A stretch of DNA of 60,418 nt from a bacterium (GCA_021787535.1 JAJYLR010000004.1:1-60418), one strand, 5' to 3'. Counted from the stretch's first letter, positions 26,368 to 34,548 are shown. Program-made: numbers and translations. Notes: generated by a model from the sequence alone, not told the origin.

Positions 26368-27731
26368 TCAAAAAATTTATATGGCTCTTCCGGTTCAGAT
26401 GCTTTCGAGGCAGGAAATGTAACATCTTCGTCCAGCTTAGCCAAACTGAGGGTCTTGCCTGAATTCTTGTTGATCTGTCGAAGCGTCGCTAGATTTCCTT
26501 CGAGGTGGGAGCTTTCATCCAGGTCGAAAGTCCGAAACATCATCGAGTTTTTGCCCTTGGTTTTTAAAATGGCAACCTGGATGTCCATGTCCATCAGCTC
26601 GCTTATACCTTGTTCTCTTTGTTCGTCTTTTGTGAAGTAGGTATATGACATTTCGTGTCTGTCCTTAACATCCCACGGGTCGTATTCCTTCATATATTTT
26701 ATGATCAGTTCAGCGTCCTGTCTGTCGCATCTGTAAATGACGAAATTCTTGGCGTTGCCGAGAATAATATCCCTTAGTTGCTGATCTAGCTGGACAAGGC
26801 TTTGATGAGCAAGAACTAACGATAAGCCATATTTCCTGGCCTCGCTCATAATCTCAGCAAAACTCAGCGTTGCATAGTTCTGAAACTCGTCAACATAAAG
26901 ATAAAAAGGTTTTCTCTCTGATGGTGGAAGATCTACTCTCGACATGGCCGCCATTTGAATTTTGGCGACGAAGAGCGCACCGAGCAGGAAGCTGTTAGTT
27001 CTGAGTACTCCTTTAGCCAGGTTAATAAGAACCGTTTGTTCTTTGTCCATGATCTGCCTGAAATCTATGGTTGACTTCTTGGCAGAAAGCATAAGGCGTA
27101 TTCTCGGGTCGCTGGTAAATGAAGAAACTTTGTTGAGAGTTGATTCAACGTTAGAGATTCTGTCTGCTTCAGACCATCTCTCAAATCTGTCATGCCAGAA
27201 ATGATCTACTCCCTCATAAGAGACATACTTCATTTTCTCTTTGCGGAAACTATCGTTTGTAAGAAGCGGTTCGATGTCTAACATCGTTCCACCCGCTTCG
27301 ATGAGGGTCAAAACAGAATTCCGCAAAATCTCTATTAGCCGAGGCGTCTTGTCTTCTGAGAGATTCCATATCTTCCTGAAAACCTCAACCAGCTCAAGCA
27401 TTTGAGTATAAGGATCAATGCCTGGTTGAACTTCAAGTGGGTTAAAACCAATGATATTGGCCGGATCGGTCATCTCAACTAAAGTAACGTTTCTAAAATC
27501 GCCAAGATTTCCAACGATGTCGTTAATGAGGTCGCCGTGAGGATCAATAACTCCGCACCCATTTCCGTTGAAAATGTCGTCGAGAATCCAGGTCGCAAGT
27601 CCTTTGGATTTGCCAACGCCGGAACTGCCCAGGACGTAAACGTGAGTCGATCTGTCCTCCTCGGGCAAATAAAAACCGACGATTTCGTCGGCATCATCAA
27701 AAGTCATTCCGAGTTTAAGAGAATTGAACAT
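26364..27731 (-). CDS. Soluble TraD/VirD4 (T4CP)-like P-loop ATPase
   Basis: 'VYVLGSSGVGKSKGL' Walker A, 'FYLYVDEFQNYA' Walker B, 'YGLSLVLAHQSLVQL'; no TM segment. Confidence 0.7.
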   Translation of the reverse strand: MFNSLKLGMTFDDADEIVGFYLPEEDRSTHVYVLGSSGVGKSKGLATWILDDIFNGNGCGVIDPHGDLINDIVGNLGDFRNVTLVEMTDPANIIGFNPLEVQPGIDPYTQMLELVEVFRKIWNLSEDKTPRLIEILRNSVLTLIEAGGTMLDIEPLLTNDSFRKEKMKYVSYEGVDHFWHDRFERWSEADRISNVESTLNKVSSFTSDPRIRLMLSAKKSTIDFRQIMDKEQTVLINLAKGVLRTNSFLLGALFVAKIQMAAMSRVDLPPSERKPFYLYVDEFQNYATLSFAEIMSEARKYGLSLVLAHQSLVQLDQQLRDIILGNAKNFVIYRCDRQDAELIIKYMKEYDPWDVKDRHEMSYTYFTKDEQREQGISELMDMDIQVAILKTKGKNSMMFRTFDLDESSHLEGNLATLRQINKNSGKTLSLAKLDEDVTFPASKASEPEEPYKFFD

Positions 27732-27753
27732 CGTGATTAAGGAAAAAGATCTC

Positions 27754-28272
27754 CTATGCGAACTCCTTCAAAATTTTATTGAGTTCATATATTAGATGCT
27801 GGAATGGATCATCTCCCCAGGTATTTGGGTACCTTAATCCATCCGATTCATAGTGCCATCCTAACTGGTTGCTAAATTCAGCTCTTGTCGTATATCCATT
27901 GTCTGAGCCAAGGCGACTCGACCGATCGTCATTTACACCAAATCGTTTTATCCCACTTCTATAAACTCGGTAACTGTCCGTATCTTCTTGCTCGTCCCAA
28001 ACTCCGGCATGAATAATGAATCCCTCCATTTCAATGCCCAGCATTTCCAATTTTTCGAAAAAATCCTTAAGCAAACGGGTAACCTCAGCCTGAAATTCTG
28101 CTTCCTGCCCCCGTTCTATCTTCTGCTCTTCCAGCTGTTGTGTAGAAATAGTTAATCTTTTATCTCTTATTTCCATTAGGCTTTCGATATCCATTATGCC
28201 TTCAGCCTGTGGAGATGATGAAGGTATATCTTTTTTTTTGTTTTTTCTTGAAAATTCCCAAGCCTTCTCCAT
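27754..28272 (-). CDS. Hypothetical protein (172 aa)
   Basis: ORF packed between the nuclease-like and ATPase genes (gaps of about 22 nt); coiled-coil N-half. Confidence 0.5.
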   Translation of the reverse strand: MEKAWEFSRKNKKKDIPSSSPQAEGIMDIESLMEIRDKRLTISTQQLEEQKIERGQEAEFQAEVTRLLKDFFEKLEMLGIEMEGFIIHAGVWDEQEDTDSYRVYRSGIKRFGVNDDRSSRLGSDNGYTTRAEFSNQLGWHYESDGLRYPNTWGDDPFQHLIYELNKILKEFA

Positions 28273-28293
28273 TGGAACAGAATGTTCTCCAAA

Positions 28294-29151
28294 TTATTTG
28301 ACATTCTCAATTACTTTTATACCAAGTGAATTTCTGACCGAAATTAATTCTCTAGGAAGACCGCATCCTAAAGCTAATATAACTTCTACGTCCTTCTGTG
28401 AATTAGACACAAAAAGATACGATTCCATTACTGCTTGATATTTCACACATTGGTAAAGCCCTCTGAGAATATCTGTTTCATTAGATATTTCTGACTTTAC
28501 CTCAACACCGATCCAAACATTCTTGTTTTCGAAAGAGACATCGATTGAATCACCAGAGGGCAGGTCTTTCTCAGTTTCCGATACTATATTTTTTAAATTG
28601 ATTCCAACACAAGCCGGATGGGATTTTATGAAATTCTTCAACTTCCGATGTTGTGGTCCTTCCCCACCCCTTGCCTTGGTCGTTGCCGCAGTCCGAACTT
28701 TCTTTATAATGCTTTCAGAAATAGGTGCTGGCTTGAGACCAAGGGTTTTTAAAACTAGGTCCCATTTCGGATAAGCAAATATATTGGCTAATTCAGCATC
28801 AACCAGTACTTTCTGTTGTTTCCGGTTGAGCTTCTTAAATTCGTTTATATCGCTTATAAACCATCCAATGCCTTCGCCTGGTAATCCAGTATGTTGATTT
28901 ACGACGATACACTGGATTTGGGGTATTGCTTCCCCCCATTTTTCACTGAGTTCCTTAAGTGATGTACCAATGGATCCTAGCGGATAATTCAGATTTCTTG
29001 CATTTGGCATGTTTATTTCTTCCGCCAAATCCTGATAGGAGATAATAGTATCAGCCTTGGCTTGACGAACAAGTATAGGCAAGGCTAGCCGAGCTCGTTT
29101 TTGATACAACTTATTGCCGTTAATTCCCAATGATGTTTCAGCTGTATCCAT
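28294..29151 (-). CDS. Hypothetical protein with C-terminal PD-(D/E)xK nuclease-like domain
   Basis: 'GDSIDVSFENKNVWIGVEVKSE...QCVKY' (D...E-x-K); 'GGEGPQHRKLKNFI' linker; probable winged-helix-like N-domain. Confidence 0.5.
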   Translation of the reverse strand: MDTAETSLGINGNKLYQKRARLALPILVRQAKADTIISYQDLAEEINMPNARNLNYPLGSIGTSLKELSEKWGEAIPQIQCIVVNQHTGLPGEGIGWFISDINEFKKLNRKQQKVLVDAELANIFAYPKWDLVLKTLGLKPAPISESIIKKVRTAATTKARGGEGPQHRKLKNFIKSHPACVGINLKNIVSETEKDLPSGDSIDVSFENKNVWIGVEVKSEISNETDILRGLYQCVKYQAVMESYLFVSNSQKDVEVILALGCGLPRELISVRNSLGIKVIENVK

Positions 29152-29214
29152 GTCTTCGACGTAGAAGGCTTTTAGGAATCTGAATTATATGCCGGAAAAC
29201 AAATTATTTCCAAT

Positions 29215-29243
29215 GAGAAAAGCCGACGGTTCGAACGTCGGCT
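29215..29243 (-). terminator. Intrinsic terminator
   Basis: agccgacg/cgtcggct stem; T tract on the minus strand. Confidence 0.55.
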
Positions 29244-29269
29244 CCTCGCAAGGCAGATAACTCAGGCGC

Positions 29270-29659
29270 TTAGTTAAGATTAGTGCTGGGCATATCACCC
29301 TGCTTCATGAACTGGATATCATCTGGCAGGTTCAGCGTATTGTCGTCGTCCGTGTACCTGCTGCCACCTTCTTTACAGCTCAGATGGATCCAGCGTGACC
29401 CCCAGTTGAACAGATAGGAGTTATTCGGATTCTGGCACGCTTGATCAGTCAGGAAAAACTCAACATGGTCACCAGAGAATCCGCGGTCTGGCGTTGTCTT
29501 GACGATAAACAAATCGCCGTTGTGGACGGTTTTTGTCCACTCTACCCTGGGGTTATTCCGGCTATCCGTTGCGAGCCAGAAGAGCCCTAATATGAGCCAC
29601 GAGAAGAACATCGTTATACAGGCAACGATGAACAAGTTCTTCCAGTCACTGTTTGACAT
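29270..29659 (-). CDS. Hypothetical membrane-anchored protein (129 aa)
   Basis: AAGGAG SD + ATG 29659 (MSNSDWKNLFIVACITMFFSWLILGLFWL...); the track ORF is N-terminally over-extended. Confidence 0.5.
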   Translation of the reverse strand: MSNSDWKNLFIVACITMFFSWLILGLFWLATDSRNNPRVEWTKTVHNGDLFIVKTTPDRGFSGDHVEFFLTDQACQNPNNSYLFNWGSRWIHLSCKEGGSRYTDDDNTLNLPDDIQFMKQGDMPSTNLN

Positions 29660-29779
29660 GGATACTCCTTCCAGTTGGGATTGATTAAGGTGCAGGTGGG
29701 AATCCAAGCACAAGGGTTGTGCGAGGATTAGCTTATAATAACACAAGTATTATAGTATGTCAAGTATATTCTGTTTGGC

Positions 29780-29812
29780 AAGAAAAAGGCACAGCTTTTT
29801 ATGCTGTGCCTT
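29780..29812 (-). terminator. Intrinsic terminator after radC
   Basis: aaggcacagc/gctgtgcctt 10-bp stem followed by T tract on the minus strand. Confidence 0.6.
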
Positions 29813-29819
29813 GTGCGCA

Positions 29820-30236
29820 TTAGCGCGTAATGCTCTGAACCTTCCCTCCCGCCGCGATTACGACCGAATCAAGTAGCTCAATGCCCAAGATTTCCGACGA
29901 TTTCTTGAGCCGATCGGTAAGTTTCCAGTCTTCCATGCTTGGCTCATCGTTGCCACTCGGGTGATTGTGAACAGCAATGATGGCCACTGTGCCATTGATT
30001 ACTGCTTTTCGCATGACATCTGCAGGTCTGACTAGGCATGAATTCACCGAACCCATGGCAGTCAGCTCCTTCTCGATGACCTGGTTGCGGGCGTTCAGGT
30101 GAAGAATCCAGAAGCATTCGCGGTCTGCGAGCGCTTCTTCTTCCATATTCTCCCGAACGAATTTGGCCACGTCCTGCGGTGACCTGATCGGCTCACCGGT
30201 GGCAATTTCTTTGACCTTCAATAATTCAAAAGTCAT
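29820..30236 (-). CDS. radC: RadC-like JAB/MPN domain protein
   Basis: 'HNHPSGNDEPSMED' JAMM motif; AGGAGGAAG SD + ATG 30236. Confidence 0.85.
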   Translation of the reverse strand: MTFELLKVKEIATGEPIRSPQDVAKFVRENMEEEALADRECFWILHLNARNQVIEKELTAMGSVNSCLVRPADVMRKAVINGTVAIIAVHNHPSGNDEPSMEDWKLTDRLKKSSEILGIELLDSVVIAAGGKVQSITR

Positions 30237-30313
30237 TTCTTCCTCCTTTGATTTATGGCATGCAAAAGCCAAGGGTGGGTTGGAAACGCGATTGGTGGGA
30301 TTGGTGAGGTACT

Positions 30314-30467
30314 TTGAGCCTTCAGCCCGGCTCAGGGACGCTTACCCGCAACCTGAGCCGGACCTTCCGAAGCCGGTGAAGGGCAATACCTACCTAAAAT
30401 TGAAAGGTGCGCGGTAAGTTTTCAGAAACTGAGCCTTGTCCTTTTGGGATCTGCTCCGAAGGCTCAA
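30314..30467 (-). other. GC-rich multi-stem structured segment between the replication-relaxation gene and radC
   Basis: Outer 10-bp pairing 30314..30323/30458..30467; inner 10-bp hairpin 30327..30336/30352..30361; 5-bp hairpin 30363..30367/30378..30382. Confidence 0.35.
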
Positions 30468-30479
30468 GCCCTGGCGGGC

Positions 30480-31322
30480 CTATTCCAACATTGAGGTTGG
30501 TGAACTCGTGGTGGGAGAAAGCCAAATGCTTCCCAGGGGGCTTTGAGCGTGGATTGTTCCGAAGGTGGTAAACAGAAACATTCTCTGTCCCCCTGCTTTC
30601 CCTGTCGCCTTTATCAGATTGATCAGGCGTCTTTCGCTTTCCGCGACCGTGAGGACGCGAAAGTGATTAAATCCGTATTCTTCGGTGTACTGATGTGATT
30701 TCCAATATCTCTTGTAGGCGACAATTTTCTCGGCAAACCTCGACAGCGGTTCCGTTCCCATGTCCACTTCAAGAAAGAAGACGTGCTTGCCCCGACCGCT
30801 CTCAATTCCGAAGAAGGCATCGGGGGCGACCACGAAATACTTCTTCTTTGCGCCGGTCATGTTGATTCGCCTCAGGTGCGAGCGGTCGCCTCGCTGGTAG
30901 AAAATCAGCTCTTCCGACCTGTCGGCAAGCGCGACATCGAGGCAAACGCGAAACTCAGAAATTCCAAGTGTGTGTTCGAGGAACAGAAACTCAACGTAGT
31001 TGTTGGCCCGATTCCATTTGACCTTGTGGCGGTCAATCTCTAGCGTTGCCGCCACCACGTCAGCTCCGCGCCGGTTGAGGGCGTAAATCATCTGCTGGCT
31101 TCCGTTCCCTCGGATCACCGGCTTCTCGAACCGGTCCAGGAATTTATGCTCGTAGAGTTTCTTGATCCTGAGTGTGCAGGCGATCCTGGAAGCATCGGCA
31201 AAATGCAGGCGCTGTATTTGGTCACGCTTCAAAAAGCGGTTCTCGTAAACGCTCAAGATAATGCTAACATCTCGTGCTGTCAGTCTCATGGGAGCTATTC
31301 GGTTGTTTCTTGCTGTTTTCAT
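30480..31322 (-). CDS. Replication-relaxation family protein
   Basis: 'RDVSIILSVYENRFLKRDQIQRLHF', 'LEHTLGISEFRV', 'PDAFF...FFLEVDMGTE' fit my recollection of the Replic_Relax family. ATG 31322; the track begins at TTG 31337. Confidence 0.7.
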   Translation of the reverse strand: MKTARNNRIAPMRLTARDVSIILSVYENRFLKRDQIQRLHFADASRIACTLRIKKLYEHKFLDRFEKPVIRGNGSQQMIYALNRRGADVVAATLEIDRHKVKWNRANNYVEFLFLEHTLGISEFRVCLDVALADRSEELIFYQRGDRSHLRRINMTGAKKKYFVVAPDAFFGIESGRGKHVFFLEVDMGTEPLSRFAEKIVAYKRYWKSHQYTEEYGFNHFRVLTVAESERRLINLIKATGKAGGQRMFLFTTFGTIHAQSPLGSIWLSPTTSSPTSMLE

Positions 31323-31344
31323 TTCTTTGCCTTTCAAGTTTTTA

Positions 31345-31600
31345 CACCAGGGAAATTAAGCGACCGATAGGGAGCGCCGTCTGGCTGATAAGCCAGACTC
31401 CCCGCGCCTCGCCGACGAGACGAAGGAACGAGGGTAGCTGCAAGTCGAGGGGCGGGGAGTCGGGCTTCGTTTTGCCCTACAAACGAAGACAGACGGCGCC
31501 GACTTAAACGGGCTAAATGCCCTGCAAGTCGGTTAATTTCCCTGGTGGTTTTCAAGGTTTTTGGGTCTTACTATCGGGTCTTACTATTAAGAGTAAGAGG
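31345..31600. other. GC-rich four-stem structured element plus 12-mer iteron-like repeats (candidate oriT/ori or ncRNA)
   Basis: Closing stem 31345..31364/31528..31547; stems 31374..31383/31490..31499, 31396..31411/31446..31461, 31465..31472/31481..31488. 'gggtcttactat' occurs twice (31563, 31576) plus an inverted copy at 31592. Confidence 0.45.
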
Positions 31601-31780
31601 CATTGTAAGGGGCTTTTGATATCTTTCGCCGGCATCGGCGACATGGGTGGGTGTGCCCGCCGCGGCTTTTTTCTTCGACAGCTCGTCCTCGGCAAGGTCA
31701 AGGAAGGCGTCCACCAGTCGCTGAAACTCGAACTGGACGCTCCTTTTGTTAATCTTCTTTGGGAATACTTCCTTGATCAC
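31571..31780 (-). CDS. Possible small ribbon-helix-helix-like DNA-binding protein (69 aa)
   Basis: GTG start with a GAGAGG SD-like element upstream; 'KRSVQFEFQRLVDAFLDLAEDEL' strand-helix pattern; divergent from XRE. Confidence 0.4.
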   Translation of the reverse strand: MIKEVFPKKINKRSVQFEFQRLVDAFLDLAEDELSKKKAAAGTPTHVADAGERYQKPLTMPLTLNSKTR

Positions 31781-31804
31781 TTTTGCCTCTCTGAACCTTA
31801 AATA

Positions 31805-31904
31805 TCATATACTTACGATATAGCCGGGGAAAAAGAAACGGGATTGGCTTCCCGTTAAAGGCCCTCTCTGCTATATACCTTACAAGAATATCGTAATAAT
31901 ATGA
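31805..31904. promoter_or_regulatory. Divergent control region with inverted 17-mers (operator candidates)
   Basis: tcatatacttacgatat (31805..31821) vs atatcgtaataatatga (31888..31904), 15/17 complementary; lies between the RHH-like and XRE genes. Confidence 0.4.
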
Positions 31905-32010
31905 TAGAGGTCAAGAGGAATGTTATCCACAGGATGTGTATAAAAAAGGTATTGCCTGGGTGACGCTTCTGTTTTATATTAGTAAACAAATAGTGTAAGG
32001 ATATGATGTT

Positions 32011-32370
32011 ATGGCCAAGCATTTTGGCGAGAAATTAAAGCAAATCAGGCATGAGAGGGGCATTTCCCAGGACAAAATCAGGGAAGCTCTCGGCTACAAG
32101 ACCAACAGTTATATCTCCGAAGCAGAGAGGGGCAAGTTCATTCCCCAGGGCGAGAAGCTCTACAAGTGGGGCGAAGTCCTCGGCCTCACCCCCGAGCAGA
32201 TGGACGACCTGCTTTTGGAATACAAGCTCGAGGAACTCGGGCTTGACGACCCGGCTTTCACGCTCATGTTCAAGGAAGTCCCCAATATGACGCGCGAGGA
32301 AAAAGCCTCGCTGATCAGGTCATTCGAGGACGTCATCCATTCGCGTCACCCGAGGAAAAAAAGATCATGA
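32011..32370 (+). CDS. XRE-family helix-turn-helix regulator
   Basis: 'FGEKLKQIRHERGISQDKIREALGYKTNSYISEAERGK'. Confidence 0.85.
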   Translation: MAKHFGEKLKQIRHERGISQDKIREALGYKTNSYISEAERGKFIPQGEKLYKWGEVLGLTPEQMDDLLLEYKLEELGLDDPAFTLMFKEVPNMTREEKASLIRSFEDVIHSRHPRKKRS

Positions 32371-32840
32371 AAAGAGTAATCGAAAGAGCAAATCAAATAC
32401 ACGCGGAGTTCGGGACCGATCTGGAGCAAGTCGCAGACGGTCTAGGTCTTTCCGTAGTCTATAACGACAAGCTGACCGGCAGGATGAAGGAGTATTACTT
32501 CGGAAAGACGATCGTCATTCAGGATGCCTTGCCTGTCACGGAAAAGCGCGAACTCGTGGCTCACGCCATCGGGCATCATCTCTTTCACGCCGGAAACCAT
32601 CTCGCTATGCAAAAGCGGATTTACTCTTTCGGAAACTACCATGAGAAGCAGGCCAACGTCTTCGCCGCCTGTCTGCTCATGCCTCTCTCAGAGCTGTCCG
32701 CATTTATCTCAAACAGAAGCAAGACTCACGAGATAGCCGAATATTTTCAGGTTCGCGAGGAACTGGTTCGGCTACGGCTCATGGTCTGGGCTAATTTTGA
32801 AAGGGAACTAAAAAGCGGCGCGGGCGCAAGGGTGGGTTAA
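32367..32840 (+). CDS. ImmA/IrrE-family (DUF955) protein with altered metal motif
   Basis: ATGA overlap with XRE; 'LVAHAIGHHLFH' where the family has HExxH. Confidence 0.75.
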   Translation: MKRVIERANQIHAEFGTDLEQVADGLGLSVVYNDKLTGRMKEYYFGKTIVIQDALPVTEKRELVAHAIGHHLFHAGNHLAMQKRIYSFGNYHEKQANVFAACLLMPLSELSAFISNRSKTHEIAEYFQVREELVRLRLMVWANFERELKSGAGARVG

Positions 32841-32842
32841 TA

Positions 32843-34381
32843 ATGAACTGTGTTATTTATCTTCGAGTATCAACCAAAGAACAGGCACAGAAGGCTGACA
32901 GCAAAGAGGGTTATTCTATTCCCGCTCAGCGCGAAGCCTGCGTCAAATACATCAAGGAAAAGGGTTGGAAACTCGTTGATGAGTATATTGATCGCGGGGA
33001 ATCAGCAAGAAGTTCCCAACGCCCACAGCTTCAGGAAATGCTCGGGCGGATCGCTAAGCACAAAGATATCCAAGCCGTCATCGTCCATAAAATTGACCGT
33101 CTGTCCCGAAAAATGGAAGATCACGTCGCCATCAAAGCGATTCTCACGAAGGCAGACTGTTCTTTGGTCTCGGTGGTCGAACATTTTGAGGACAACGCCT
33201 CAGGAAGGCTCGTAGAGGGTATACACGCGCTCATGGCTGAGTTCTACTCCGCCAATTTGGGAGCGGAAACCAAAAAAGGGATGACGCAAAAAACTAAACA
33301 GGGCGGTTGGGCAGGCAGAGCACCGCTTGGATATCTGAACGTTCAAACACCGATGAACGGCCGCCTGCTTAGAACAATCGAGATCGATGAAGAAAGAGCG
33401 CCATTTGTGAGGGAGTTGTTCGCCCTTTACGCGACGGGTGACCATGGCCTCATTAAGTTGGAAGAGAAGATGTACAAACTCGGATTTCGGAGCAGGGGCA
33501 CTGCGAAACAAGCGCCAGGGAAAGTCCACAAATCACTTTTGGCAAGAATGCTTCAAAATCCGTTTTACAAGGGTACAATCCGCTGGAATGGGATCGAAAC
33601 TCAAGGCATTCATACGCCGCTTGTTTCCAAAGACCAGTGGGATCGTGTCCAGGAGATTATCAAGGTGAGGAATATCGCAGGCGAACGAAGACGGAAGCAT
33701 CCTCATCATCTCAGGGGCTCCATTTTCTGTGGCGAATGCGGATCGAGGATGTCATCCGACCTCGCCAAAGGCCACGTGTATTTCTATTGCTTGGGACAGA
33801 AGAGAGGAAACGGCTGTAAGCAAAAATACATTCGAGATGATGAGCTCGAAAAACTGATAGAAAACCGCTATAAAAAAATCCAGCTTCCTGAGAAGGTCAA
33901 AAACAGGCTGACGGACTGGTTTGAGCAGGAACTGTTGAAAAGACAATCCAATACCATCAATGAGCAACAGTTCATCACCCGCAGAATGTCGAAGCTTGCG
34001 AATGAAAGACTAAGCACATTACACGCATATCAAGCCGGGGCTATACCTCTGGAACTCCTAAAACAGGAACAAGACAGGATCAGTGGAGAAATAGAGGATT
34101 GTCAAAGAAGGCTGGAAGTTCTCAAGGACGGGGATGACGAGATTAAGGAAACAATCACGCTCGCACTGGAAATGGCTTCAAAGTGCCACAAGGCTTTTCT
34201 AAAAGCCAAGCCCGACGTCAGACGCAAATTTAATCAGGCATTCTTCAAGAAGATCCTCATAAAAGACAAAAAGATCAGTGAGCTTCATTACACTAATCTT
34301 TTCGGCCTCTTACTCAACCCAGGTTCGAGTAAGAATGATTTGGTAGCCCCAAGGGGAATCGAACCCCTGTTTCCAGGATGA
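32843..34381 (+). CDS. Large serine recombinase
   Basis: 'IYLRVSTKEQ' catalytic Ser, 'HKIDRLSR', recombinase domain, zinc ribbon 'CGECGSRM...YFYC', coiled coil. The last 41 nt overlap tRNA-Glu on the other strand. Confidence 0.9.
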   Translation: MNCVIYLRVSTKEQAQKADSKEGYSIPAQREACVKYIKEKGWKLVDEYIDRGESARSSQRPQLQEMLGRIAKHKDIQAVIVHKIDRLSRKMEDHVAIKAILTKADCSLVSVVEHFEDNASGRLVEGIHALMAEFYSANLGAETKKGMTQKTKQGGWAGRAPLGYLNVQTPMNGRLLRTIEIDEERAPFVRELFALYATGDHGLIKLEEKMYKLGFRSRGTAKQAPGKVHKSLLARMLQNPFYKGTIRWNGIETQGIHTPLVSKDQWDRVQEIIKVRNIAGERRRKHPHHLRGSIFCGECGSRMSSDLAKGHVYFYCLGQKRGNGCKQKYIRDDELEKLIENRYKKIQLPEKVKNRLTDWFEQELLKRQSNTINEQQFITRRMSKLANERLSTLHAYQAGAIPLELLKQEQDRISGEIEDCQRRLEVLKDGDDEIKETITLALEMASKCHKAFLKAKPDVRRKFNQAFFKKILIKDKKISELHYTNLFGLLLNPGSSKNDLVAPRGIEPLFPG

Positions 34382-34415
34382 AAACCTGACGTCCTGACCA
34401 CTAGACGATGGGGCC
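34341..34415 (-). tRNA. tRNA-Glu (UUC), CCA encoded
   Basis: Manual cloverleaf: acceptor GGCCCCA/TGGGGCT (G1-U72 wobble), anticodon loop TT-TTC-AT, T-arm AGGGG-TTCGATT-CCCCT. Confidence 0.9.
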
Positions 34416-34548
34416 ATTAATTTAATTAACAATTCACAATTATAAATGCAAAATTTAATGTGAAGTACTAGGAAATTATAGCAGAAATTATGGCCGAATT
34501 CAAGGAAAATATGCTTGATTTGTGCTAAGATTTATGATATATTGATTT

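Larger units (their letters stand above)
19750..34381. mobile_element. Integrated mobile (integrative, possibly mobilizable) island at tRNA-Glu
   Basis: Large serine recombinase plus XRE/ImmA at the tRNA end; replication-relaxation protein, T4CP-like ATPase, RadC, R-M+Vsr and defence-like cargo. G+C is visibly higher over about 29.2-34.4 kb. Left boundary unresolved; it may extend to about 17.8 kb. Confidence 0.55.

Noticed and set aside
31274-31801. ORFs 31274..31507, 31334..31555 and 31517..31801 in the GC-rich spacer.
   Set aside because: They are Arg/Gly/Ser/Pro-rich products overlapping each other on both strands within a region that folds into long perfect stems. There is no SD. They are better explained as a structured non-coding element.
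32051-33215. Alternative-frame ORFs 32051..32290, 32524..32736 and 32850..33215 in the XRE/ImmA/recombinase genes.
   Set aside because: They are out-of-frame overlaps within GC-rich genes that carry clear family motifs. The products are Ser/Arg/Pro-rich.
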